This document shows, piece after piece, positions 1 to 8,780 of a stretch of 64,000 nucleotides of DNA. Location: positions 8,747 through 72,746 of the forward strand of contig CAVWFY010000009.1 of the NCBI GenBank assembly GCA_963754485.1. The letters are read 5' to 3'. The stretch's first letter is position 1; every line of letters begins with the position of its first letter. Under the pieces are notes generated by a model. That model worked only from the letters and a program-made list of their open reading frames with translations. It did no database searches and was not told where the DNA came from. Made by a program: the position numbers and the translations under genes. The stretch is from an uncultured Chloroflexia bacterium (GTDB lineage: Bacteria > Chloroflexota > Limnocylindria > Limnocylindrales > CSP1-4).

Positions 1-996
1 CCGTTCTGGGTCGTCACGGCGCTGGCCGCGATGCTCGTCGGCAAGCCCGCGAACCTGACGGGTGTCCTCGGCGGCACCCTGTCGCTGGCGGCCCCGATCT
101 CGCTGGGCGCATTCGCGGGCATCATCTCGGAGCGAAGCGGCATCAACAACATCGCCATCGAGGGCAAGTTCCTCATCGGCGCCTGCGTGGCTTCCGTCGC
201 GGCGAGCGTGGCGATGATCGTGGGTGGGGAGGGCGCAAACCCGACCGTCGCCGTGCTCATCGGCATCAGCGCGGCGGCGATCGCCGGGGCGCTGGTCAGC
301 CTGCTGCTGGCCTGGCTCGGCATCCGCTGGAAGGTCGACCAGATCATCGCCGGCATCGTGATCAACATCGGGGCGCTCGGGATCACCAACTTCCTGTTCC
401 TGCGCGTCCTGTCCAAGAACACGCAGCTCAACACGCCGCCGACGGTCGAGTCGCTCAAGATCCCTGTGCTCTCGGAGTTCCCGGTGCTGGGTCCCATCCT
501 GTTCTCGGGCACGCCGTACCTGTACTTCACGCTGCTCGTGATGGTGGCCTTCGCCTACATGCTCTTCCGCACCCGGTGGGGGCTCCGGCTCCGGGCGAGC
601 GGCGAGAAGCCGTCGGCCGCCGGGACCGTCGGCATCGACGTGGTCAAGATCCGCTACCGCGCGATGCTCATCGCCGGGCTGATGGCCGGCATTGCCGGCT
701 CGTCGCTGAGCCTCGCGTCGGCAGGCAGCTTCCAGATGAACATGAGTGCCGGACGCGGATTCATCGCCCTCGCGGCGGTCATCTTCGGTGCCTGGAACCC
801 CATCTACGCATTCGGTGCGGCGCTGGTATTCGGTTTCGCGGACTCTGCCCAGACGCTCCTGTCGATCCTCGGGGTCGATGTCCCACCGCAGCTGCTCAAC
901 AGCCTCCCGTACATCACGACGATCGTGGTCGTGGCAGGCGTGGTGGGTCGCGTGCGTGGCCCGGCCGCCGCGGGCCAGCCGTACGACCAGGGCTGA
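1..996 (+). CDS. ABC transporter permease, BMP/nucleoside-simple sugar uptake family (5' end cut by window edge)
   Basis: Frame 1 is open from nt 1 (PFWVVTALAAM...), so the ORF-track ATG at 31 is internal. The protein is multi-pass and hydrophobic, with NNIAIEGKFLIG and AAVIFGAWNP segments typical of YufQ/NupQ-type permeases. It is followed directly by two nucleoside hydrolase genes. Confidence 0.8.
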   Translation, partial: PFWVVTALAAMLVGKPANLTGVLGGTLSLAAPISLGAFAGIISERSGINNIAIEGKFLIGACVASVAASVAMIVGGEGANPTVAVLIGISAAAIAGALVSLLLAWLGIRWKVDQIIAGIVINIGALGITNFLFLRVLSKNTQLNTPPTVESLKIPVLSEFPVLGPILFSGTPYLYFTLLVMVAFAYMLFRTRWGLRLRASGEKPSAAGTVGIDVVKIRYRAMLIAGLMAGIAGSSLSLASAGSFQMNMSAGRGFIALAAVIFGAWNPIYAFGAALVFGFADSAQTLLSILGVDVPPQLLNSLPYITTIVVVAGVVGRVRGPAAAGQPYDQG

Positions 997-1021
997 GCCT
1001 CGAGTGAGCGCCGGCCACAAC

Positions 1022-2053
1022 ATGGAGGACTGGGGACCGGTCCACGCCATCCCCACCTACCACCGGGCCGGGGCAGGGGAGCGGTCGGCGCCGTTCGGGA
1101 CCGCCGACCGCCCGATCCCGCTGATCATCGACAGCGACCCCGGCCTGGACGACGCGCTGGCCATCGGCCTCGCGGCGGCGAGGCCGGAGATCAGGCTCCT
1201 GGCCGTGACCACCGTGGGTGGCAACGCCGATGTCAGCCGCTGCACGGAGAACGCACTGCGGCTCCTGCACGCCTACGGCCGCGACGACGTGCCCGTGGCG
1301 GAGGGCGCCGGAGGCGCGCTGCTGGGCTCCGTGGTTCGAGCCACCGAGGTCCACGGGGTGAGCGGCATCGGGACCACGGTCCTGCCCCCGGCTCCGACGA
1401 CCGCCCGGTCCGAGGGGGCCGTGGCGCTGATAGCCCGGCTCATCGAGGCCAGCCAGGAGCCCGTGGCGATCGCGCCGATCGGGCCGCTCACCAACATCGC
1501 GCTCCTGCTGCGCCTCTACCCGCATCTCGCGTCGAAGATCTCGCACCTGTGCCTGATGGGCGGCTCGATCGGGGAGGGGAACACGACCGCGTCGGCGGAG
1601 TTCAACATCGTCGCGGACCCCGAGGCTGCGGACGTGGTGTTCCGCTCCGGCGTGCCGATCACCATGATCGGGTTGGACGTGACCCACCAGGCGCTGCTGG
1701 ACCGGGCGGCAGCCGCTGCGCTCCGGGCCCTGGGGACGCACTCCGGCCAGATCGCCGCCGACCTCACGGACTACGCCCTGGATCGCAACCTGGAGTGGTC
1801 CGGATCCGCCACGACCGCGATCCACGACGCCGTGGCGGTCGCGCACCTGCTGGTCCCGGATCTCGTCGCGGTAGCGCGTTACCACGTGGCCGTGGACACG
1901 ACCGATGGACCCGCGCGCGGCCGAACGGTGTGCGACGGGCTCCCGTACCGGCTTCGCCGCGACGGCCGGGTGCCGAACGCGGACGTCGGCATCGTCATCG
2001 ACCGCGAGCGGTTCACCCGCCTGCTCATCGACGCGTTCGCGAGGCTCCCGTGA
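1022..2053 (+). CDS. inosine/uridine-preferring nucleoside hydrolase (IUNH family), copy 1
   Basis: It has the N-terminal aspartate-cluster fingerprint IPLIIDSDPGLDDALAI, plus ...TTVGGN... and AEFNIVADPEAA motifs. The chosen ATG at 1022 (alternative GTG at 1004) lies just after the permease stop. The ORF-track start at 746 overlaps the permease in another frame. Confidence 0.85.
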   Translation: MEDWGPVHAIPTYHRAGAGERSAPFGTADRPIPLIIDSDPGLDDALAIGLAAARPEIRLLAVTTVGGNADVSRCTENALRLLHAYGRDDVPVAEGAGGALLGSVVRATEVHGVSGIGTTVLPPAPTTARSEGAVALIARLIEASQEPVAIAPIGPLTNIALLLRLYPHLASKISHLCLMGGSIGEGNTTASAEFNIVADPEAADVVFRSGVPITMIGLDVTHQALLDRAAAAALRALGTHSGQIAADLTDYALDRNLEWSGSATTAIHDAVAVAHLLVPDLVAVARYHVAVDTTDGPARGRTVCDGLPYRLRRDGRVPNADVGIVIDRERFTRLLIDAFARLP

Positions 2054-2997
2054 CCGACGCCACCACCCGGATCCCCGTCATCATCGACTGCGACCCGGGG
2101 CACGACGACGCCCTGGCGATCACCCTGGCCCTGGCCCGCCCGGAGCTTGACGTGCTGGGGATCACGACGATCGGCGGCAACTCCACGCTCGCCAACACCA
2201 CGCGCAACGCGCTGCGGGTGCTGGCGCTGCTCGGCCGGACCGACGTGCCGGTCGCGGCGGGACCCGATCAGCCGCTCGTGCGGCCCCTCGAGACGGCGCA
2301 CCAGGTCCATGGCGTGAGCGGCCTCGATGGGGCGGACCTCCCGGAGCCCGCTTCCGAACCACGCCCCGAGGGTGCCCTCGAGTTCCTGCGCGCCACCCTG
2401 GCCGCCTCACCGTCGCCCGTGACGCTGATCCCCGTCGGGCCGCTGACCAACATCGGGCTTCTCCTGCGGACCTACCCGGCAATCGCCGAGAAGATCGCGG
2501 GGATCAGCCTGATGGGCGGGGCGATGGGCGCCGGCAACTGGACGCCCGCCGCGGAGTTCAACATCTGGGTGGACCCCGAGGCGGCGCGGATCGTGTTCCG
2601 GAGCGGCCTCCCGATCACGATGCACGGTCTGGACGTCACCCACAAGGCGCTGATGGGCCTGCCCGAGGCGGACCGGCTCGACGCGACCGGCACGCGCGTG
2701 GGCCACGTGTTCGCGGACCTGTTGCGCTTCTTCACGAGGTTCCACGTCGAGAAGTACGGCACCGCTGACACGCCGATCCACGACGCCGTGGCCGTCGCTC
2801 ACGTCGCGCTGCCTGGCCTCGTGACCACGCGCCGGTACCACGTGGACGTCGAGACCACCGGCGAGCTCACCAGGGGCCGGACCGTCGTGGACGACCGCGG
2901 CCAGCCGGGAGCGACGCCGAACGTGGACGTCGCCCTGGACATCGACCGGGCCACGTTCGCGGAGCTGGTGATCGAGGCGGTTGCCAGCTACCGCTGA
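2050..2997 (+). CDS. inosine/uridine-preferring nucleoside hydrolase (IUNH family), copy 2
   Basis: The GTG start overlaps the upstream stop (GTGA at 2050-2053). It has IPVIIDCDPGHDDALAI, TTIGGN and AEFNIWVDPEAA motifs. It is a paralogue of the preceding gene. Confidence 0.88.
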   Translation: MTDATTRIPVIIDCDPGHDDALAITLALARPELDVLGITTIGGNSTLANTTRNALRVLALLGRTDVPVAAGPDQPLVRPLETAHQVHGVSGLDGADLPEPASEPRPEGALEFLRATLAASPSPVTLIPVGPLTNIGLLLRTYPAIAEKIAGISLMGGAMGAGNWTPAAEFNIWVDPEAARIVFRSGLPITMHGLDVTHKALMGLPEADRLDATGTRVGHVFADLLRFFTRFHVEKYGTADTPIHDAVAVAHVALPGLVTTRRYHVDVETTGELTRGRTVVDDRGQPGATPNVDVALDIDRATFAELVIEAVASYR

Positions 2998-3020
2998 GGC
3001 TCGGGCTCCCTGGATGACCG

Positions 3021-4073
3021 TTACGGCGTCAGCCAGACCCGGTACTCGGTGACGTTGATCGGGGAGCCGTTTCTGGCGGAGGGTTCAAACACCCGCAGGG
3101 TGCCGTACTGCGCCTTCGCGAGGTCGTAGCCGACCTTGGTGTTGAACGTGCCCCAGCAACCCGTGCCGCACGTCGCCGTCACGGACCTGTCCGCGAGGAC
3201 GTTGCCCTGTTCGTCGAGCAGCTGGACCTGGAACTGGGCCTCGAAGACGTTCGCGATGCCGCTCAGCTCCACCGGGTTGCCCGCGGCGGCGCCCCACGCC
3301 GGGCGATCCACGAAGATCGCGGGCAGGATGTCGCGGTAGTCCGCGCGGTCAACCGGGCCGTCCAGGACCACTCCCTCGGAGCTGAACGTGGTCACGGGCA
3401 TCCCGTTGATCCTGAACAGGACCCCGTCCACCGTCGGGAACTGCGTGAGGGTGTAAACGACCTGGGCGAGGCGTGCCATCACCGAGTACGACCCGCCGCC
3501 GCTCTCGAACTCCTTCGACAGGTCCGCGGTGGCGATCCCATTGGCGATGGTCACGCCCCGGAGCCGCGTGCCGTCCGGGATCGCGGTGACCATCGCGGGC
3601 CGGCTCTCCAGCTCCACGCCCTTCGGTCCCGCGAGCAGCGCCGTCATCGCGGCGGTCGCGACGGCCTTCGTCTCCGGGACCTCGCGCAAGACGGGGACGA
3701 GGCCCTCGTTGCCGGTGAACGAACCCAGGACGAAGTAGGCGCGCACGATGGTGGTCGCGACGGGCGACGGCTTCGGGGTCGGCCTGGGCGTGGGGGACGC
3801 CACGGTGGACGGGATTGGCGACGGGGCCATCGATGACCCGTCCGGGACCTCACTGGGCGGCGCCGATGGGACGGCCGTTGGCAACGGGGAGGGTGACGGT
3901 GATGGCGATGCCGGCGCCACGTCGGTCGGCACCAGCCGGTCTGAGGAGGCGGGCGAGGCAACCGGGGGCGCGGGCGTCCCGAGTGGCCCCGAGGCGGGCG
4001 AGCAGGCGCCACCGGCGAGCGCGACGGCCACCAGCAGCGCGAACAGAGCGGTGGTTCGGATGGCGGTACTCAC
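3021..4073 (-). CDS. LpqB-like lipoprotein (GerMN domain plus Gmad2 Ig-like domain)
   Basis: It has a signal peptide with lipobox LAGGAC, a Pro/Ser-rich linker, a GerMN-like core (VRAYFVL...LLAGP...ATADLSKEF) and a C-terminal Gmad2-like segment (ANVFEAQFQVQLLDEQG...CGTGCWGTF). It lies immediately downstream of the MtrB-like kinase, the position LpqB occupies in actinobacteria. Confidence 0.75.
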   Translation of the reverse strand: MSTAIRTTALFALLVAVALAGGACSPASGPLGTPAPPVASPASSDRLVPTDVAPASPSPSPSPLPTAVPSAPPSEVPDGSSMAPSPIPSTVASPTPRPTPKPSPVATTIVRAYFVLGSFTGNEGLVPVLREVPETKAVATAAMTALLAGPKGVELESRPAMVTAIPDGTRLRGVTIANGIATADLSKEFESGGGSYSVMARLAQVVYTLTQFPTVDGVLFRINGMPVTTFSSEGVVLDGPVDRADYRDILPAIFVDRPAWGAAAGNPVELSGIANVFEAQFQVQLLDEQGNVLADRSVTATCGTGCWGTFNTKVGYDLAKAQYGTLRVFEPSARNGSPINVTEYRVWLTP

Positions 4074-4094
4074 GGTCCTGTCCTCGCTACGGGT

Positions 4095-5582
4095 TCAGGA
4101 ACTGCCGCCAGCATGGGCCCGGCCCGTGTCGTCCGCATCTCCCGCAGGTAACGATCCGGTCACAGGCAGGGTCAGCACGAAGACCATCCCGCCCCCTGGG
4201 CGCGCTCGGGCTCGCAGCGAGCCGCCGAGGAGCGCCGCGTGCTCGGCCGCGATCGCGAGGCCCAGGCCGGAGCTCCCGGTCGCCCGCGAGGGATCCGCCT
4301 TGTAGAAGCGGTCGAAGATGTGGGGGATGGCGTCAGCTGGGATCCCCGGGCCGCGGTCGGCCACCACGAGCACCGCTCCGTCGCGGGTCGCCTGGAGCGC
4401 GACCTCCACCGGGGCGCCCGGGGTGTGATCCCGGGCGTTGTCCAGGAGGTTGCCCAGGATCCGGTCGAGTCGGCGCGGGTCCGAGTCCACGACCAGCGGG
4501 GCCGGCGGCAGCGAGACGGCGGCTTCGGGCAGGCGCGCCGCGACGGCGCCGGTCACCACGCGGCCGAGGTCCACGGGTTCGGTGGCGAGCAGCTCCGCGC
4601 CGGCGTCGAACCGGGAGATCTCCATGAGATCGTCCACGAGCGTCCGCAGGCGGCGCACGTCGGCGACCAGCAGCTCCGCCGGACGACGAGCCTCCGGCGG
4701 CATGCTGTCGAGATCCTGCTCGAGCAGGGATGCCTCCGCCACGAGCGCGGTCAGCGGGGTCCGCAGCTCGTGGGCCACGTCGGCTACGAAGCGCCGGTTC
4801 TGCTGCTGCGAGGTCTCGAGACGCGCGACGGTCGTCTCGAGCGAGTCCGCCATCCGGTTGAACTCGGCGGCCCACCTGCCCACCTCGTCGCGACCCCACT
4901 CCGGGACCCGGGCGGACAGGTCGCCACCGGCGATGCGACGGGCTGCACGCCCGGCCTCGGCCACGGGTCGGAGGAGCCAGCGCGCGATGATCCAGGCAAC
5001 CAGCAGCGCGATGCCGATCGCGACTGCGCCACCCACGAGCAGCCCTGCCCGGAGCTGCGCAAGCGCCCCCTCCACCGGCTCAGCCGAGAACACGAAGAAC
5101 AGGTCCGGGGGTCCGCCCTGGCGGCCGCCGACCACGAGGACCGGTTCGCCGACCAGGTCCTGCCAGGCGAAGCCAAGCTCCCCGCCGCCCACGATGGTCC
5201 GCAGCTCCGGCGAGACCGCCGCAAGCGCTCCCGTGAGGGTCGCGGGCTCGTAGGGCATGCCGTCGCCGAAGTCGGCCAGCACCCGGCCGGAGCCCCGCAG
5301 CGCGAAGGCCGTGGGGAGCCCGCTCGCCTCAAAGGTGCGGGCGTCCGTCGGGCGGGGGTCGGCGCCGGGGAGCAGCACGGACAGGTTGTAGTCCACCTGC
5401 TGCCGGGCGTCGGCGATGAGCCGGACGCGCAGCGAGGCGTCGACGAACGCGTAGACCCCCAGGCCGATGGCGGCCACGGTGACCGCCACGAGTGCCACCA
5501 GCGTGAGCGCGACCCGGCTGCGGATGCCGATGACCACGGGGCCGCGCCTACGCGTCGGGCCGGGGGGCCTTGTAGCCCGCAC
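4095..5582 (-). CDS. mtrB: sensor histidine kinase, MtrB-like (2 TM, HAMP, HisKA, HATPase_c)
   Basis: It has an H-box FVADVAHELRTPLTAL, N/G boxes (LLDNARDHT, DRGPGIP, GSSGLGLAI) and a HAMP-like segment after TM2. The GTG at 5582 overlaps the regulator gene by 35 nt; an alternative GTG at 5537 is equally possible. Confidence 0.8.
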   Translation of the reverse strand: MRATRPPGPTRRRGPVVIGIRSRVALTLVALVAVTVAAIGLGVYAFVDASLRVRLIADARQQVDYNLSVLLPGADPRPTDARTFEASGLPTAFALRGSGRVLADFGDGMPYEPATLTGALAAVSPELRTIVGGGELGFAWQDLVGEPVLVVGGRQGGPPDLFFVFSAEPVEGALAQLRAGLLVGGAVAIGIALLVAWIIARWLLRPVAEAGRAARRIAGGDLSARVPEWGRDEVGRWAAEFNRMADSLETTVARLETSQQQNRRFVADVAHELRTPLTALVAEASLLEQDLDSMPPEARRPAELLVADVRRLRTLVDDLMEISRFDAGAELLATEPVDLGRVVTGAVAARLPEAAVSLPPAPLVVDSDPRRLDRILGNLLDNARDHTPGAPVEVALQATRDGAVLVVADRGPGIPADAIPHIFDRFYKADPSRATGSSGLGLAIAAEHAALLGGSLRARARPGGGMVFVLTLPVTGSLPAGDADDTGRAHAGGSS

Positions 5583-6243
5583 CGCGCACCGTCAGGACCA
5601 GCTGCGGGCTCGCCGGATCGGCCTCCACCTTGGTGCGGAGCCTGCCCACCGCCACGTCCACCAGGCGCGAGTCGCCGAGATAGTCGTAGTCCCAGACCCG
5701 GTCCAGCAGCACGTCGCGGGTGAGGACCTGGCCCGGGTGTCGTGCCAGCTCGACCAGGAGGTCGAACTCCGTACGGGTCAACGGGATGTCGGCGCCATCG
5801 CGCTCCACGGTCCGCCCGGCCGTGTCGATGCGGAGCCGGCCGAGGCGGAGGACCGCGGCCTCGCCCGGCCCGGGATCCTCGCGGTAGCGGCGCAGGGCGG
5901 CACGTACGCGCGCGACGAGTTCGGGCATCTCGAACGGCTTGCGCACGTAGTCGTCCGCCCCCGCCTCCAGGCCAACCACGACGTCGATCGTGTCCGCGCG
6001 GGCCGTGAGCATCACGATGGGCGTCGTGGCCTCGCGCCGGATCGCCCGGCAGACCTCGAGGCCGTCGAGGCGGGGGAGCATGACGTCGAGCAGGACCAGG
6101 TCCGGATCGTCGGCCCGCCAGCGAGCCAGGCCCTCCTCGCCGTCGGCAGCGGTCGTCACCGTGAAGCCCGTGCCGCGCAGGCCCAGCGCGACGACCTCCC
6201 GGATCGACGGGTCGTCCTCGACGAGCAGGATGCGGGCGTCCAC
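5548..6243 (-). CDS. mtrA: OmpR-family response regulator, MtrA-like
   Basis: The receiver domain reads ILLVEDD...LVLLDVMLPRLDG...PIVMLTA...GADDYVRKPF and the winged helix reads LTRTEFDLLVELARHPGQVLTRDVLLDRVW...VLTVRGAGYKA. It closely follows the M. tuberculosis MtrA sequence as I remember it. The start is assigned to the GTG at 6243; the ORF-track ATG at 6648 belongs to the upstream gene region. Confidence 0.85.
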   Translation of the reverse strand: MDARILLVEDDPSIREVVALGLRGTGFTVTTAADGEEGLARWRADDPDLVLLDVMLPRLDGLEVCRAIRREATTPIVMLTARADTIDVVVGLEAGADDYVRKPFEMPELVARVRAALRRYREDPGPGEAAVLRLGRLRIDTAGRTVERDGADIPLTRTEFDLLVELARHPGQVLTRDVLLDRVWDYDYLGDSRLVDVAVGRLRTKVEADPASPQLVLTVRGAGYKAPRPDA

Positions 6244-6254
6244 GTCGTCGCGGC

Positions 6255-6644
6255 TCAGTGGCCGCGCTGCTCCCGCGCCAGCTCGTGCAGGCGCTCGTCG
6301 CTGATGCCGAAGTGGTGGGCGATCTCGTGGTGGACCGTCTCGTGCACCTTCGCCCGGACGCCCTCCCTCGCGCGCGACGAGCGCAGACAGGGACCCCTGT
6401 AGATCGTGATCCGCGAGGGCGTCGTCGCGTGGTCCGCCCCGAGCGCCGAGCGCGGCACGCCCTGGTAGAGCCCGTACATGCCGGGAATGCCGAGGCGCTC
6501 GAGCTCGACCTGGCTCGGCCACTCCTCGATCAGGATCGCGACGGAGCCGAGCCGGTCGCGAAACGCCGACGGCAGGGCCTCGATCGCCTCGAAGACCCAG
6601 TCCTCGAACGTCCCGTCGTCGATCGGCTCGTCCAGCGGCTCGTC
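6255..6644 (-). CDS. metallopeptidase family protein (MPF/DUF1025-type, HExxH)
   Basis: It carries HEIAHHFG near the C-terminus. The frame is open back to 6644 and encodes the family-typical N-terminus (FEDWVFEAIEALPSAFRDRLGSVAILIEEWP). There is no in-frame ATG/GTG/TTG upstream of the ATG at 6479 (see findings). Confidence 0.7.
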   Translation of the reverse strand, partial: DEPLDEPIDDGTFEDWVFEAIEALPSAFRDRLGSVAILIEEWPSQVELERLGIPGMYGLYQGVPRSALGADHATTPSRITIYRGPCLRSSRAREGVRAKVHETVHHEIAHHFGISDERLHELAREQRGH

Positions 6645-6682
6645 TCATCGACCGCAGCGTAGCCTCGACAACGCAGCCGTGC

Positions 6683-7477
6683 TCAGCGGCGCACGGGCGG
6701 GGTGAGCCCGCAGTCGGGCGTGGTGCACAGCTCGAGCCCCAGCTGGTCCAGTCCCTCGGCCAGGGGCGTGAACCCGAGCGAGCCGCCGAAGCTGCGACTC
6801 GTCACGCCGGCCGGGATCCCGCGCACGAGGACGGCACCGCCGGAGTCTCCGACGCCCGCCTGGATGGTCGCGGCGATCATGCACGGGAAGTAGTCGCCGT
6901 CTTCCGGGTAGAGGTTCTCGCCCTTCTCGGCCACCGTTCCGCTGCGGTAGGTGTTGCGGCCGTCGATCTCGACCAGGTCGCCGATCGCGATGTTGTCGCA
7001 GGCGAGCGGCCGCGTGCCCGGCGGAATGACCCGATAGCCCGCTGTGCCCAGGTCCACGACGTTGAGGTGCCCCCAGGGGATACGGTCGGGGGCGACCACC
7101 AGGTAGTTCAGATCGGACGACGCGCACCTGTGCCCGGGATAGGGGCATGTGGCATCGCGTGCGGCCGGGCCGAAGACCCCGCGCACCGTCGTCCCGTCCG
7201 GGTCGTAGGCCACGGTGCCCTCGGTGGTGCAGTGGCCGGTCGAGGTGAGCACGATCGTGTCCCCGCGACGGGCGTAGAAGCCGCCGGCACACGCCCCCCA
7301 CAGCTGCTGGCCGGCGAGCACCGGCGGGTCGTACACCTCCGTGGTCCGCCGCGGCTGCGTGACGGTGCTCACGGCCCAGAAGACCCCGATGCCGAGCAGC
7401 AGGCCCGCCAGGACGACGATGAGGAGACGGCGCAGGCGGCCCGGAGCCCGAGCATCGTTCCTCGCCAACCGCGTCAC
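6683..7477 (-). CDS. membrane-anchored chymotrypsin-fold (S1) serine protease
   Basis: It has an N-terminal basic stretch followed by a TM helix (LLIVVLAGLLLGIGVFWAV). Catalytic His is in TSTGHC, a candidate Asp is in SSDLNYLVV, and Ser is in GVGDSGGAVL. Confidence 0.75.
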   Translation of the reverse strand: MTRLARNDARAPGRLRRLLIVVLAGLLLGIGVFWAVSTVTQPRRTTEVYDPPVLAGQQLWGACAGGFYARRGDTIVLTSTGHCTTEGTVAYDPDGTTVRGVFGPAARDATCPYPGHRCASSDLNYLVVAPDRIPWGHLNVVDLGTAGYRVIPPGTRPLACDNIAIGDLVEIDGRNTYRSGTVAEKGENLYPEDGDYFPCMIAATIQAGVGDSGGAVLVRGIPAGVTSRSFGGSLGFTPLAEGLDQLGLELCTTPDCGLTPPVRR

Positions 7478-7512
7478 CGACGTCCTCGTTCCTGGGCCGG
7501 TCGCGAGGCTGC

Positions 7513-8412
7513 TCAGCCGGCCGCGACGACCGGTCGGGCCCGCGCCAGCAGCTCGTCGAGGATCTCGCCTTCACCACCGTCGGCGATGTGATGCCCGGAT
7601 CCCGTCGACACGATCAGCCGCGCATTGGGCAGCCGGCCGACCAGCCGCCGCGCGGCCGAGAGAGGGCAGTTGCGATCGGCGTCACCGTGCCACCAGGTAA
7701 CACTGCTCGTTACCGCCGCGAGGTCGATGTCAGGCCAGGCACCGTTCATGGCGAGCACCTCGTCGAGCCACCCGTCGATGCCGGGTGCGAGCGCCTCGCA
7801 AGTGCCGCGCGTGAAGGCAGCCTGCCAGGCCGGGTCGGCCATGATCTGCTGGTCCGCGGCCGGGGCAGTTTCCATGAACTCGCGGTAGCCGGCGACTGGA
7901 TCGGCAAGGATGGACGTCCGGGCCTCGTCCAGCAGCGCCCGCAACGCCTCCATCGCGCCCGTCCGCGCAAGGCCGTCGGCGGAAGCCACGATGTCGACCT
8001 CCTCGCCAACCTCGTCGTCGGTGAGTGGCGCGGCACCGTCGCCGACCGCACAGGCCAGGACGCGGTCCGGGTGTCGCGCGGCGAAGGCGAGGACGTGGGG
8101 CGCGCCGCCGCTCCCGCCGTACACGGGGACGTTGCCGATGCCGAGATGGTCGAGGATCGCGGCGAGGTCGTCGGCGTGCTCCACGAAGCCCCGGCCCGGG
8201 AGTCGCGTCGAGACGCCAAACCCTGGGCGTTCGACGGTGATCACCCGCAGGCCGCGTTCCACCCAAGGCGTTTGGTCGATCCGTAGGGACAGGCGCGATC
8301 CCGGCGTGCCCGGCAGGCGCAGCACAGGTCGACCCTCGAGGAGCCCGCACTCGCTCCAGGCGACGGTCCTGCCGTCGGGGCGAACAAGCCTGCCTTCGTG
8401 CATGAAACGCAT
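7513..8412 (-). CDS. alpha/beta hydrolase (proline iminopeptidase-like)
   Basis: The nucleophile elbow is intact (VYGGSGGAPHV) within an alpha/beta-fold pattern (RPGFGVS ...). It is co-directional with the downstream protease genes, with a 35-nt gap. Confidence 0.7.
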   Translation of the reverse strand: MRFMHEGRLVRPDGRTVAWSECGLLEGRPVLRLPGTPGSRLSLRIDQTPWVERGLRVITVERPGFGVSTRLPGRGFVEHADDLAAILDHLGIGNVPVYGGSGGAPHVLAFAARHPDRVLACAVGDGAAPLTDDEVGEEVDIVASADGLARTGAMEALRALLDEARTSILADPVAGYREFMETAPAADQQIMADPAWQAAFTRGTCEALAPGIDGWLDEVLAMNGAWPDIDLAAVTSSVTWWHGDADRNCPLSAARRLVGRLPNARLIVSTGSGHHIADGGEGEILDELLARARPVVAAG

Positions 8413-8485
8413 GCTCGCACAGTCAGGAGGGTGAGGGGCGCTCGATCCGTTGGACTCCTGGCCGGGGCTCGCCTGGAGGCAGTAG

Positions 8486-8507
8486 ATGTGCTACATTCAT
8501 GTACATG
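8486..8507. promoter_or_regulatory. candidate operator of the TA operon: two ATGT/ACAT inverted repeats
   Basis: ATGT-GCT-ACAT lies at 8486-8496 and the perfect 10-bp palindrome CATGTACATG lies at 8498-8507. Both sit in a locally AT-rich patch overlapping the two possible antitoxin start codons (8499, 8505). Confidence 0.35.
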
Positions 8508-8777
8508 TCGAGCACCGTTGGCATCGCCGAGCTGCGTCAGAACCTGAGTCGCTACCTGCGTCGCGTCGAGAACGGTGAGCGGTTGCTCGTGACGGACCGC
8601 AACAGGGTCGTTGCGGAGCTGGGACCACCGCCAAGCACTGGCGAGGCGCTCGACCGCCTGATCGCCGAGGGGCGTGTCGCACGACCGATGCGACGCGGAC
8701 TGCCACCGCCGCTGCGCATGGGCGGCGACCCCTACGCGCTCAGCCGAGCCCTCGACGAGACGCGCGGCGAGCGCTGA
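8499..8777 (+). CDS. type II antitoxin, Phd/YefM family
   Basis: The N-terminus VGIAELRQNLSRYLRRVENGERLLVTDRNRVVAEL is the Phd/YefM signature. The gene is small (about 90 aa) and its stop lies 3 nt before the PIN gene. Confidence 0.8.
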   Translation: MYMSSTVGIAELRQNLSRYLRRVENGERLLVTDRNRVVAELGPPPSTGEALDRLIAEGRVARPMRRGLPPPLRMGGDPYALSRALDETRGER

Positions 8778-8780
8778 GCC

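Noticed and set aside
746-1021. Long 5' extensions offered by the ORF track (746 for hydrolase 1, 1549 for hydrolase 2, 9130 for the LAL gene, 22107 for the sigma factor, 31842 for mutM, 56129 for secD)
   Set aside because: The extensions overlap the preceding gene, or the tRNA, in another frame and translate to Arg/Pro-rich nonsense. Internal starts give canonical N-termini, and several of them also show stop/start coupling or a nearby SD-like motif.
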